Source: Bacteroidales bacterium (GTDB taxonomy: Bacteria; Bacteroidota; Bacteroidia; Bacteroidales; UBA932). Taken from it: a stretch of DNA of 64,000 nucleotides. Below, one piece after another: positions 38,648-47,549 of this stretch (position 1 is the stretch's first letter; each line of letters starts with the position of its first letter). Both the position numbers and the translations under genes were made by a program. A model generated the notes under the pieces. That model saw nothing but the letters and a program-made list of their open reading frames with translations. It was not told the DNA's origin and searched no databases. The stretch is taken from the NCBI GenBank assembly GCA_023667095.1, contig JAMPAT010000002.1, positions 47,097 through 111,096 on the forward strand. Reading direction: 5' to 3'.

Positions 38648-39793
38648 ATGAAAAAAATCTTTTATTTGTTGACAATTGCCTGCATGCTGGTAGCATGTGA
38701 GGATTCAAACAAGACCGGAAAAGGCACCGAGCCGACAGGACTCAGCGTTCCGGCAGAGGGTACAGCAGGAGCAAAGATAACTGTTGTCGGCCAGGACATA
38801 GCAAAGGATGCGGAATTCTATCTTTCCAATACAGACAGCAAGACAGAGCTGAAAGCTGAAGTCCTTGCAAGCGGTGCAGAGGTTACACTTCCATACACAC
38901 TTGGAGAATACACTCTTTCAATTGAGCAGGGCGGTTCATCCTACAATGCAGGTACAATCAAGGTTGCCGTAACAGGAATCGTGATGCCTGAGGAGGCTAC
39001 TGCTGGTGAGGAGATAACAATCACAGCCAACGGATTCGCTGATGATGCTGCCATTTTCTTCGGTTCAGAAGAGGCAGATGCAGCATTCACTGCTGCAGGA
39101 TGCACAGCTACAGTCCCTGCAACAACAGGAGAGGTCACTGTAACAGTAAAGCAGAAAGGCACCGAGCAGGAGCTGGGAACCATTGTTGTCACTGAAGCAG
39201 GTATTGCTAAAGACATCAAAAACTTCACCATATCAATGATGGGAGATCCGGCAGCTGATTTTGCAGTTGAGTATGACAGCAATGGAAAGCCTGTTTCATT
39301 TGACGCCTATTCAATTACATCAAAGGACAATAAATACACTTTCACAGGAGATGATATAAGCTGGACTTTCACTATTGAAAAGAACAGGGTTGCAAGCATC
39401 AATATCACAGGAAAGGAATATGAATGGAAATATGATGAGGATGGTCATCTGGTAGAATTCTATGTCGATGATGTTGAGCCATACTACCTTGATTACGACA
39501 ATGACGGGAATTCCATCTATGGCCGATACGAAGACAAGAGCCTTATCTGTGCACCAAACCGCATTGATATTGCCAATGTACTTGCAATGCTCATGACAAT
39601 TGAAGAAAATTCTGTTGTCTATTTCGCAGCTGCAGTGCTTGGCTGGGCAGGAACACCTTCAACAAATCTTCCTTCACATGTGGAACTTGACGAGGACACA
39701 GTATTGGAATATACCTATGACATCAATGCAGACGGTTTCGTAAACAATATCGTAGATGAAATGGGCATCTTTGATATCTCCATAGCTTATTAA
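38648..39793 (+). CDS. lipoprotein with two Ig-like repeats, hypothetical
   Basis: Lipobox LVAC; internal repeats AEGTAGAKITVVGQ and EEATAGEEITITANGF; 381 aa. Confidence 0.5.
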   Translation: MKKIFYLLTIACMLVACEDSNKTGKGTEPTGLSVPAEGTAGAKITVVGQDIAKDAEFYLSNTDSKTELKAEVLASGAEVTLPYTLGEYTLSIEQGGSSYNAGTIKVAVTGIVMPEEATAGEEITITANGFADDAAIFFGSEEADAAFTAAGCTATVPATTGEVTVTVKQKGTEQELGTIVVTEAGIAKDIKNFTISMMGDPAADFAVEYDSNGKPVSFDAYSITSKDNKYTFTGDDISWTFTIEKNRVASINITGKEYEWKYDEDGHLVEFYVDDVEPYYLDYDNDGNSIYGRYEDKSLICAPNRIDIANVLAMLMTIEENSVVYFAAAVLGWAGTPSTNLPSHVELDEDTVLEYTYDINADGFVNNIVDEMGIFDISIAY

Positions 39794-39842
39794 GCCAAGA
39801 GACATCAACAAGACTGCCCAGCAAGTCTGGCTTTAACGTCTT

Positions 39843-39890
39843 CACCCCTGTCAGAGTTCACTCTGGCAGGGGTGATTTCCATTTTTCAGG
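39843..39890 (+). terminator. rho-independent terminator (14-bp stem CACCCCTGTCAGAG/CTCTGGCAGGGGTG with one mismatch, then TTTCCATTTTT)
   Basis: Read from the sequence, 50 nt after the stop of the 38648-39793 gene. Confidence 0.6.
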
Positions 39891-39900
39891 CCTGATCCCT

Positions 39901-41463
39901 TTAAAGATTTTTAGATACCGCAACAACAGCCGATGTCCTGTCCGTAATCTTCAGGGAATCATCAATCCTCTCGCCAAGGATTGCAAGGACATGCCCGTCT
40001 GAATTTCCAGGAGCAGCCAGCATCAGGGCTTCATCTTTCTTGAAAAGGTCATATTTCAGGTCTGTAAACAAGTCGCTTACCTTCTTCTTTCCGCGCATTC
40101 CGAATGGCCTTATCCAGTCCCCTTTCTTCCATTTACGGCATATAAACGGAAAGGATAAAGCCTCTGCATCAAAATAGAGCACACCTTTGGGAGCCTTCAG
40201 GGAAGCCAGGTCCTCACGCGGCAGAATCCCAATCGAAAATGATGTGTCACCTATCATGTATTCACCAGGCCCATGGATTTCCATATCCTGATTCGCTCCA
40301 GAAGCATTCCTTGTCAACAATGATTTTATGACAAGCTCTGATGAAGATGTAACCAGGACATGTGAGCCAGAACAGAACTTCTTCCCGGCCAATGTTGTCC
40401 CTCCCTGTCCGGAAGCTGATTCAAGAAGCTTCTCTACAGATTCAATCACAGATGAATTGAAGCCATACTGTTCAAGTATCCTATAGAGGATATATTCCCA
40501 ATGCGGCTCTTCCATCAATTCCGCTATACAGATGCTCCTATCCTCCTTACCCTTGGCTTCTTTCTGTCCAGGGCAGCAAACGTCATCAGCCCCGGATTCA
40601 CAGGCATACATTGATTCACCCCAGATCCTGCTCCCGGCAATCTCCTCCTCGACAATCCTGTATGCCTGGGAGAAATACCTCATTTCCCTGTTGACAGTCT
40701 TTATAAATGACGGATTAAGCCTCTCAAGCAACGGGAACACCTCATTCCGTATCAGATTCCTCCTATACGTAGTGTCCGCATTTGTCCTGTCCGTATGATA
40801 TTCAATCCTATGTCTCATGGCATATCCCTCAATCTGTTCCCTGGTAAATTCAAGCAGTGGCCTGAACAGGAACGGCCGTCGTCCTTCCCTGCCATATCCA
40901 GGCTCTGGTTCCTGGCAAGGAAGCGAAGAGAACATGGACATTCCGCAGATACCCTTCAGACCGGTCCCACGTACAAGGTTCAGGAACAGCGTCTCTGCAT
41001 TGTCATCTGCATGGTGAGCCATTGCCACAGCAGAGAAGCCCTCTTCACGGCACAGTTTTCCGAACCATCTGTAGCGCAGCTCCCTTGCTGCCATCTCTAT
41101 ACTCTGGCCTGACAGCTCCGCGTACTGCAATGTTTCAAAGTCCGCCACATGTACCTTGACCCCATTTCTCTTTCCCCATTCACGGACAAGGGCTGCATCC
41201 GAATCGCTTTCGTCTCCCCGAAGATGAAAATTGCAGTGTGCAATCTCAAATTCAAGCCCTGCAGATGAATTAAGGAACAGCTCTGCAAGGCACATTGAAT
41301 CAATGCCTCCGCTAACGGCCAGAAGGACAGAAGGGGATGGTTCACAGACGGCCGAAGATGCACTATAAGCCTTTTCTGGGCCGCTTCCATTGAGCAAAGA
41401 GGGAGGCCTGACTCCAGCCTCCCTCTTCATCATTTCCAATATCCTGTCAAATCTTTTCTGCAT
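39901..41463 (-). CDS. tilS: tRNA(Ile)-lysidine synthetase TilS
   Basis: PP-loop SGGIDS motif in LLAVSGGIDSMCLAELF. The ORF is about 70 aa longer than a typical TilS, so the true start may be an internal Met. Confidence 0.8.
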   Translation of the reverse strand: MQKRFDRILEMMKREAGVRPPSLLNGSGPEKAYSASSAVCEPSPSVLLAVSGGIDSMCLAELFLNSSAGLEFEIAHCNFHLRGDESDSDAALVREWGKRNGVKVHVADFETLQYAELSGQSIEMAARELRYRWFGKLCREEGFSAVAMAHHADDNAETLFLNLVRGTGLKGICGMSMFSSLPCQEPEPGYGREGRRPFLFRPLLEFTREQIEGYAMRHRIEYHTDRTNADTTYRRNLIRNEVFPLLERLNPSFIKTVNREMRYFSQAYRIVEEEIAGSRIWGESMYACESGADDVCCPGQKEAKGKEDRSICIAELMEEPHWEYILYRILEQYGFNSSVIESVEKLLESASGQGGTTLAGKKFCSGSHVLVTSSSELVIKSLLTRNASGANQDMEIHGPGEYMIGDTSFSIGILPREDLASLKAPKGVLYFDAEALSFPFICRKWKKGDWIRPFGMRGKKKVSDLFTDLKYDLFKKDEALMLAAPGNSDGHVLAILGERIDDSLKITDRTSAVVAVSKNL

Positions 41464-41464
41464 A

Positions 41465-42568
41465 TCAGTTCTTTGACGCTATTGTATAGACAAATCCAAA
41501 TGAAAGTGACTCCTTGAACTGTACCCTCTGGTGAGTATCTTCTATCCCGCCATGCTGCTTACATTTTTCCTTATATATCATGACTTTATCATCATATATA
41601 AGGTTGGTCGTGAACATCAGGGAGAAATATTTCGCCAGCTTCCACTCAATCCTGTTGTCCCAGTTGACACGGATATTCTCCGGATGGTCAAGATAGTCAG
41701 AGAAAAGCAGGATCTGCGAGGTGTACTTGAAGTTGTCATTGACATTCACCTTTATGTCAACCTTCAACTGGGCACCGAACTCAAAGTTTGACGAACGGTA
41801 GGCATTGCCTGAGGCAAGCAGTTCCTCTGATGCGGCAGTTCCACCCTTGTTCTCATCATACACCTTCTTAAGCTTCATACTATATGATTTCCTCAATATA
41901 GGGTTGTCCACAATAACGAATCCTCCTGTAAGAGGTGCAAAATTGATAGACAGCCATTTCAAAGGCGTATAATTGATACCGAGCGCCAAGTTTGTATAGG
42001 CAGGTGAGACAAGTCCTGACTTCAATGTCCTTGCTGCCCTCCATTCCTTCCTTCCTGCCTCCCAGTCTTCAGGGGCATCTGCAGGCTTGGACGGAGTCGG
42101 ATAGTTCCACGTGTTTGAAAACTGCGACTTGAAGCTGTACTCTGCCGACATGAAAAGGTTCTTTGCCACATTATAGCCGAACTTGCTCTCCAGATATATG
42201 CGGTCATCGCTCTTCTGCAGCACAGGCTTGTCCGCAGAATAAAGGAATCCATAGTCAAGCTGAAGCCTGTTGGTCCAGGAAATGTTTTCCTTCTTATAGT
42301 TGGCGTTTCCATCGATGAATGCCTTCAATGAATACGTATTGTATCCTCCGGCAGCCCAGTTGTTCAGGAAAGTCTGTCCGAAGTCAAGCTTTGTTGACAG
42401 GGAGTTCTTCCAGTATTTGGGTTTTGGAGCGATTGTCTCAGTTGCAGCAGGTGCATCATTGATAGCCTGTGCAACATCAGCGGCTGCCTTCTGAGCATCA
42501 GTGAGTTCCTGGGCCGAAACCGCAAGAGCTGCAGAAAGCAATGGGATGACAAGAAATAATCGTTTCAT
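41465..42568 (-). CDS. DUF3078-like outer-membrane beta-barrel protein
   Basis: Start placed at MKRLFLVIPLLSAALAVSAQ (signal peptide) rather than the track's upstream Met; alternating amphipathic beta-strands; C-terminal TIASKN. Confidence 0.5.
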   Translation of the reverse strand: MKRLFLVIPLLSAALAVSAQELTDAQKAAADVAQAINDAPAATETIAPKPKYWKNSLSTKLDFGQTFLNNWAAGGYNTYSLKAFIDGNANYKKENISWTNRLQLDYGFLYSADKPVLQKSDDRIYLESKFGYNVAKNLFMSAEYSFKSQFSNTWNYPTPSKPADAPEDWEAGRKEWRAARTLKSGLVSPAYTNLALGINYTPLKWLSINFAPLTGGFVIVDNPILRKSYSMKLKKVYDENKGGTAASEELLASGNAYRSSNFEFGAQLKVDIKVNVNDNFKYTSQILLFSDYLDHPENIRVNWDNRIEWKLAKYFSLMFTTNLIYDDKVMIYKEKCKQHGGIEDTHQRVQFKESLSFGFVYTIASKN

Positions 42569-42590
42569 ATATTCATTTTTTAAACAACTT

Positions 42591-44072
42591 CTAATACGAC
42601 CTGGCGAAAAGCACCCTGCGGTGTGACGGCTTGCCGCTGTATATACAGGTTCCCTCCTCCTCACAGACTGCACTGTCGATAGGGATGCACCTTATTGTAG
42701 CCTTGGTCTCCTCCTTTATCCTCTCCTCAGTCTCTGGAGTTCCATCCCAATGGCAGAGCAGGAATCCTCCCTCCTCTATCTTCACCTTGAAATCCTCCCA
42801 TGTATCAACCTTCACGATATGCCCATCGCGAAATTTCAATGCCTTGGCATATATATTCTCCTGGATTTCATCCAGCAGGTCCTCGATTCTCTTCCCAAGT
42901 CCCTCGACAGGTGCAGAAATCTTTTCAAGGGTATCACGGCGCGCAATCTCAACTGTACCGTTCGCAAGGTCGCGTGCACCGACAGCAAGGCGCACAGGAA
43001 CACCCTTAAGCTCCCATTCTGCAAACTTGAAGCCAGGACGGAGAGTGTCACGGTCATCTATCTTCACACTGTGTCCGTGTGCCTCCAGTTCCTTCTTGAG
43101 TTCAGACATCTTTTCGAAGATGGCCCTGTTCCCTTCCTCGTCCTTTCCCACGATAGGCACAATAACAACCTGGATAGGTGCAAGTGCCGGAGGAAGTACA
43201 AGCCCGTTGTCATCTCCATGGGCCATGATAAGTGCACCCATAAGCCTTGTGGATACGCCCCATGATGTCGCCCATACATATTCCTGCTTTCCTTCCTTGT
43301 TAGTAAACTGTACATCGAAGGCCTTTGCAAAATTCTGTCCCAGGAAATGCGATGTTCCTGCCTGCAGGGCCTTTCCGTCCTGCATCATGGCTTCAATTGT
43401 GAGCGTATCAAGCGCACCTGCAAACCTCTCGTTCGGGCTCTTGTGGCCCACGACAACAGGCATGGCCATATACTTGCGCGCAAAGTCAGCATATACATTG
43501 ACCATCTTTGTAGCCTCATCTATAGCCTCCTGCTGTGTCGCATGTGCTGTATGTCCCTCCTGCCAGAGGAATTCTGCAGTACGGAGAAAAAGCCTTGTAC
43601 GCATCTCCCAGCGCACAACGTTTGCCCACTGGTTGCACAGGATAGGCAGGTCCCTCCATGAAGTTATCCAGTTCTTGTATGTATTCCAGATGATTGTCTC
43701 AGAAGTAGGGCGTACTACAAGCTCCTCCTCAAGCTTTGCAGACGGGTCCACGACAACTCCTGGGCCGTCAGGATTGGCCATAAGCCTATGGTGCGTAACC
43801 ACAGCGCACTCCTTTGCGAATCCCTCCACATGCTCTGCCTCACGGCTAAGGAAAGACTTCGGGATAAAAAGCGGGAAATACGCATTCACATGACCGGTTT
43901 CCTTGAACATCTTGTCAAGGACCTCATGCATCTTCTCCCATATTGCATATCCGTACGGTTTGATTACCATACATCCCCTGACTGCAGAACGCTCAGCAAG
44001 GTCAGCCTTTACAACAAGATTATCATACCACTGGGAATAGTTGTCTGCCCTTTTTGTTACTTCTTTTGCCAT
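42591..44072 (-). CDS. proS: proline--tRNA ligase (class II, archaeal/eukaryote-like ProRS as usual in Bacteroidota)
   Basis: Start placed at [16 protein letters not shown]; class-II motifs and C-terminal Zn/anticodon-binding extension. The track's 44123 start adds 17 implausible residues. Confidence 0.9.
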   Translation of the reverse strand: MAKEVTKRADNYSQWYDNLVVKADLAERSAVRGCMVIKPYGYAIWEKMHEVLDKMFKETGHVNAYFPLFIPKSFLSREAEHVEGFAKECAVVTHHRLMANPDGPGVVVDPSAKLEEELVVRPTSETIIWNTYKNWITSWRDLPILCNQWANVVRWEMRTRLFLRTAEFLWQEGHTAHATQQEAIDEATKMVNVYADFARKYMAMPVVVGHKSPNERFAGALDTLTIEAMMQDGKALQAGTSHFLGQNFAKAFDVQFTNKEGKQEYVWATSWGVSTRLMGALIMAHGDDNGLVLPPALAPIQVVIVPIVGKDEEGNRAIFEKMSELKKELEAHGHSVKIDDRDTLRPGFKFAEWELKGVPVRLAVGARDLANGTVEIARRDTLEKISAPVEGLGKRIEDLLDEIQENIYAKALKFRDGHIVKVDTWEDFKVKIEEGGFLLCHWDGTPETEERIKEETKATIRCIPIDSAVCEEEGTCIYSGKPSHRRVLFARSY

Positions 44073-44240
44073 CTCGTCTTTGTTTTTAGCATATTTATTT
44101 TTACATTGTGCCCAAATTTGCATCTATACATAGGGTATAGTAATTGCAGGAAGGGTACATTTTTGCGCTGCGAAGGTACGAAAATATTAATTAACTTCCG
44201 CAAATGCGGAAGACTAAGTTAAAATATTGGAGGTAAAGAT

Positions 44241-45668
44241 ATGAAAAAGAGAGTTTACATCTTGTTCTCTGCTGTATTTGCACTGGCATCGTGCGGAACA
44301 TCAGCACAGTTCTCCTCATCTGATTCAAGATTCCAGGACGGCATATACGCCAGGACAGGCAATACATCTGCAAAGGACATAAAGAAAGCTTCCAGCACAG
44401 ACATGCAGGAAGTTGACGAACTTGTTGCCCAGACCAGGAGTTCAGAGATATATCTCCTTGGCGATGAGCCCAAGACTGTTGTAATCCCGGAAAGCAAGAG
44501 TGCCAAAGTCAAGTTCAGCAACAATGCAGGCGCAAGCGTCACCATTGAGGATACACCGGACTTCACAGTATACTTCAACAGCACTCCGTCCATCTACGTA
44601 TCTACAGCCTGGTCCCCATGGTACTACAATAGCTATTGGGGATACAGTTCATGGTACAGCCCATGGAGATATAGCGCATGGTACTACAACTCATGGAGAT
44701 ATGACCCATGGTACTGGGGCTACGGATATTACGACCCTTGGCGTTGGGACCCTTGGTATCACGATCCATGGTATTGGCACGGTCACTATGGATGCTACGG
44801 ACATTACGGTTGGCATGACCCATGGCATCATCACCACATACCGTCACATCCAGGACCTGTTGTCGGCGGAGGACGCCCTGGACGGGATATATATTACGGT
44901 CACCGTGGCAACAATGCTCCAGGAGTCTCCAGAAGCACTTCAAGGGGAATTTCGGCATCCACATCAAGACAGTCATCAGCCGTGGCATCCAGGTCAGGCA
45001 GCACATCAAGGAGTTCATCAACAAGTTCAAGGGCTTCCGTATCAGGCAGCACATCGTCAAGATCTGCCGGCTCAAGGCTGACAGCATCAGTGCCACGCAG
45101 CTCCTCTACATCAAGGGGAACTTCCACAGGCACAGGGTCTTCATATTCAAGGACCAGTTCCCGTGGCTCTTCCAGTGCAAGAAACAGCAGTTCAGGCTAC
45201 ATGAGTTCAAGGACAACAGCCTCAGGCAGCAGCTACATCCCGAGAAGCGGGATTGCAGGCTCTGGCAGCAGCGCATCAAGGGGTAGCGCAACAGCAGGCA
45301 GTTCCAGGACTTCAACATACAGGCCTGCGACATCGACTTCCGGAACATCAAGGACAGGCAGCAGTTCTTCATACGGGACATCAAGAAGCACATCATCCTC
45401 ATACGGGACATCTACTTCGTCTGGGTCATCGACAAGCTCTTCAAGCAGAGGCACATTCACCGGAAGCAGTAGCAGCAGGTCAAGCAGCTCCAGCAGTACA
45501 TCGTCATCCCCTACATATAACAGGAGCACCTCCACAGGCACTTCAAGGAGTACCTCTTCCGGAAGCACATATTCAGGCGGCAGCAGAAGCAGCGGTGGCT
45601 CATACTCTGGTGGCGGCAGCAGCCGTAGTGGAGGTTCATCCGGAGGCGGAAGTTCCCGTTCAAGATAG
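44241..45668 (+). CDS. lipoprotein with a Trp/Tyr-rich (D)PWY-repeat segment, His cluster, and a 270-aa Ser/Thr/Arg/Gly low-complexity tail
   Basis: Lipobox ALASC. Residues about 130-200: WSPWYYNSYWGYSSWYSPWRYSAWYYNSWRYDPWYWGYGYYDPWRWDPWYHDPWYWHGHYGCYGHYGWHDPWHHHH. The remainder is RS/SS/GS-rich, ending GGSSGGGSSRSR. Co-oriented 30 nt upstream of a FadL-like gene. The same DNA is open in several other frames (low-complexity), so frame assignment rests on the lipoprotein signal and operon context. Confidence 0.5.
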   Translation: MKKRVYILFSAVFALASCGTSAQFSSSDSRFQDGIYARTGNTSAKDIKKASSTDMQEVDELVAQTRSSEIYLLGDEPKTVVIPESKSAKVKFSNNAGASVTIEDTPDFTVYFNSTPSIYVSTAWSPWYYNSYWGYSSWYSPWRYSAWYYNSWRYDPWYWGYGYYDPWRWDPWYHDPWYWHGHYGCYGHYGWHDPWHHHHIPSHPGPVVGGGRPGRDIYYGHRGNNAPGVSRSTSRGISASTSRQSSAVASRSGSTSRSSSTSSRASVSGSTSSRSAGSRLTASVPRSSSTSRGTSTGTGSSYSRTSSRGSSSARNSSSGYMSSRTTASGSSYIPRSGIAGSGSSASRGSATAGSSRTSTYRPATSTSGTSRTGSSSSYGTSRSTSSSYGTSTSSGSSTSSSSRGTFTGSSSSRSSSSSSTSSSPTYNRSTSTGTSRSTSSGSTYSGGSRSSGGSYSGGGSSRSGGSSGGGSSRSR

Positions 45669-45697
45669 AGATACAGACCCATTTAAAATAAGATACA

Positions 45698-47365
45698 ATG
45701 AAAAAGACAGCAATTACACTTCTGTTGGCAGCGGTGGCGGCAAGTGCAGGAGCACAGACGATGTATGATGCGCTGACATTCAGTGAGAATGATTACGCAG
45801 GGACGGCAAGGACACTGGCAATGGGCAATGCCTTCACTGCACTTGGAGGAGACCTTGGCTCGCTCAGCATAAATCCGGCAGGCTCTGCAGTTGCCAAATA
45901 TTCACAGATTACCGTTACCCCGGGAATGGCCATTTCGGTAAATAAAGCCAACGGGACACTGGCAGGCAATGAAGATTTCCCGTCCAGCTTCGGAAGCACA
46001 AGACGCAATACCAAAGGCAGTTTCTGGATGCCGAATATAGGCTTTACTGTCAATTTTGACACACACAGGACAAGCGGAATCAAGAATGTAAGCATCGGGG
46101 TTGTCGCCAATGTGTCCAATACATACAAGGACGGGCTATATGCCAAAGGGCTGAATACCAGGAGTTCTTTTGCAGGCGGAATGGCAACAATGGCCTACGG
46201 ATTCCATCCGGACAACCTGTCAGGAAGCGATGCATATGACCTGTACCCTGCTGACTGGCAATATATACTTGCCTATCAGTCATATATGATTTCCCCTGTT
46301 GAAGATGGTTCGACAGAATATGCAGGAGTCACGGAAAACATATACAGGGATGCAGACGGCAAGATAACGGGAATAGAGATTCCCGGGAGCCTGAACCAGA
46401 CATTCGGAAGATCTGTCAAAGGCAACAGATATGACTATCTGATCAACCTTGGGATGAACATTTCAGACTTCATCTATATCGGGGCAAACCTCGGCATAAC
46501 ATCACTGAGGTATTCAAGCGAAGAGTATTTCATAGAGACACCGGAAGAGTACTCCCTGTTCCAGACAGGTTTCCAGAAGCTAAGCCATAACAGTGTGTAC
46601 AAGGCATCAGGGACAGGTGTATACGGAAAATTCGGAATAATCGCGACCCCGTTTGGAGGACTGCGCATCGGTGCAGCTATCCAGACACCTACGGCAAACA
46701 TGATAAAGGAGACATGGTACTCAAGTGCAAGTGTCGTGGCAAACAGCCAGAACACAGGAAAGTCAGAGACACCTGAGGGGCAATATGACTACCGTCTCTC
46801 ATCCCCTATGAGATTCAATGTTGGCGCTGCATACACTTTTGGAGGCTTTGCAGCAGTGAGTGCAGACTATGAGATGTGCAACTATGGCAAGATGCGCCTT
46901 ACAGAAAGGCAGACGGCCGACAACAGCGGCTTCGATGCTGTAAATGAAGACATCAGGGATTTCATGGGCAAGTCACACATGTTCCGTGCAGGAATTGAGG
47001 TAAAGCCGGTAAGCCAGTTCGCGGTACGCGCAGGCTACGGGCTGACGACCGCACCTGACTACTGGTATTTCGATGAAGCCGGAGTCAGGACAAAACTTCC
47101 TGGATCAGATATAGCCAAGACCCATAAATATTCTTTCGGTCTCGGCTACAGCAGCCAAGGCTCGTTCTTCATGGACCTTGCTGTCACAGCAAAGAAATAT
47201 GCCAAGGAATATATAGCACCATACGTCACTGCCATGCTTGACAATAACGGACAGATCATGACAGATGAGAATGGCATTCCTGTTGCGGACTACAACACAT
47301 CTCCGGAAATCCTGAACAGGAAATGGCTCTGGACAGCGACAGTCACATTCGGATTCAGGTTCTAA
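45698..47365 (+). CDS. FadL/OmpP1/TodX-like outer-membrane channel, long form (555 aa)
   Basis: Signal peptide; N-terminal GTARTLAMGNAFTALGGDLGSLSINPAG resembles the FadL hatch signature (GxA..GGA.A..DDAS.NPAG pattern); beta-strand periodicity; C-terminal FGFRF. Confidence 0.55.
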   Translation: MKKTAITLLLAAVAASAGAQTMYDALTFSENDYAGTARTLAMGNAFTALGGDLGSLSINPAGSAVAKYSQITVTPGMAISVNKANGTLAGNEDFPSSFGSTRRNTKGSFWMPNIGFTVNFDTHRTSGIKNVSIGVVANVSNTYKDGLYAKGLNTRSSFAGGMATMAYGFHPDNLSGSDAYDLYPADWQYILAYQSYMISPVEDGSTEYAGVTENIYRDADGKITGIEIPGSLNQTFGRSVKGNRYDYLINLGMNISDFIYIGANLGITSLRYSSEEYFIETPEEYSLFQTGFQKLSHNSVYKASGTGVYGKFGIIATPFGGLRIGAAIQTPTANMIKETWYSSASVVANSQNTGKSETPEGQYDYRLSSPMRFNVGAAYTFGGFAAVSADYEMCNYGKMRLTERQTADNSGFDAVNEDIRDFMGKSHMFRAGIEVKPVSQFAVRAGYGLTTAPDYWYFDEAGVRTKLPGSDIAKTHKYSFGLGYSSQGSFFMDLAVTAKKYAKEYIAPYVTAMLDNNGQIMTDENGIPVADYNTSPEILNRKWLWTATVTFGFRF

Positions 47366-47389
47366 AGCCTTCAAGAAACAGTTCATTGA

Positions 47390-47437
47390 CATCGGGTGCT
47401 CAAAAGTAGACTTTTGGTCACCCGATGCCGTTTTCTG
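47390..47437 (+). terminator. rho-independent terminator-like hairpin (CATCGGGTG...CACCCGATG with inner AAAAG/CTTTT) followed by CCGTTTTCT
   Basis: 24 nt after the stop of the first FadL-like gene. Confidence 0.5.
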
Positions 47438-47549
47438 CGTGGACTGTCTGGCTCCAGATTCTCCTTTGCTATTCCTTGAAACTTTTGCTGAAGTCTCTAT
47501 CTGAACTTTTTGCCACCGCACAAGTTCTGTTCACGTTATCTAACAACAC

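Noticed and set aside
39901-41463. Unusually long TilS (520 aa) as a domain fusion
   Set aside because: More likely start-site over-extension or an ordinary C-terminal substrate-binding domain. No extra recognisable domain.
42631-43893. 420-aa plus-strand ORF antisense to proS
   Set aside because: Ser/Ala/Arg-rich translation with no motifs; ProRS on the minus strand is unambiguous.
44073-44123. Upstream extension of proS ([17 protein letters not shown]) and of the DUF3078-like gene (42569-42673)
   Set aside because: Bacteroidota ProRS begins MAKE...NYSQWY, and the outer-membrane protein needs its signal peptide at the N-terminus. The extensions would also make the two genes overlap.
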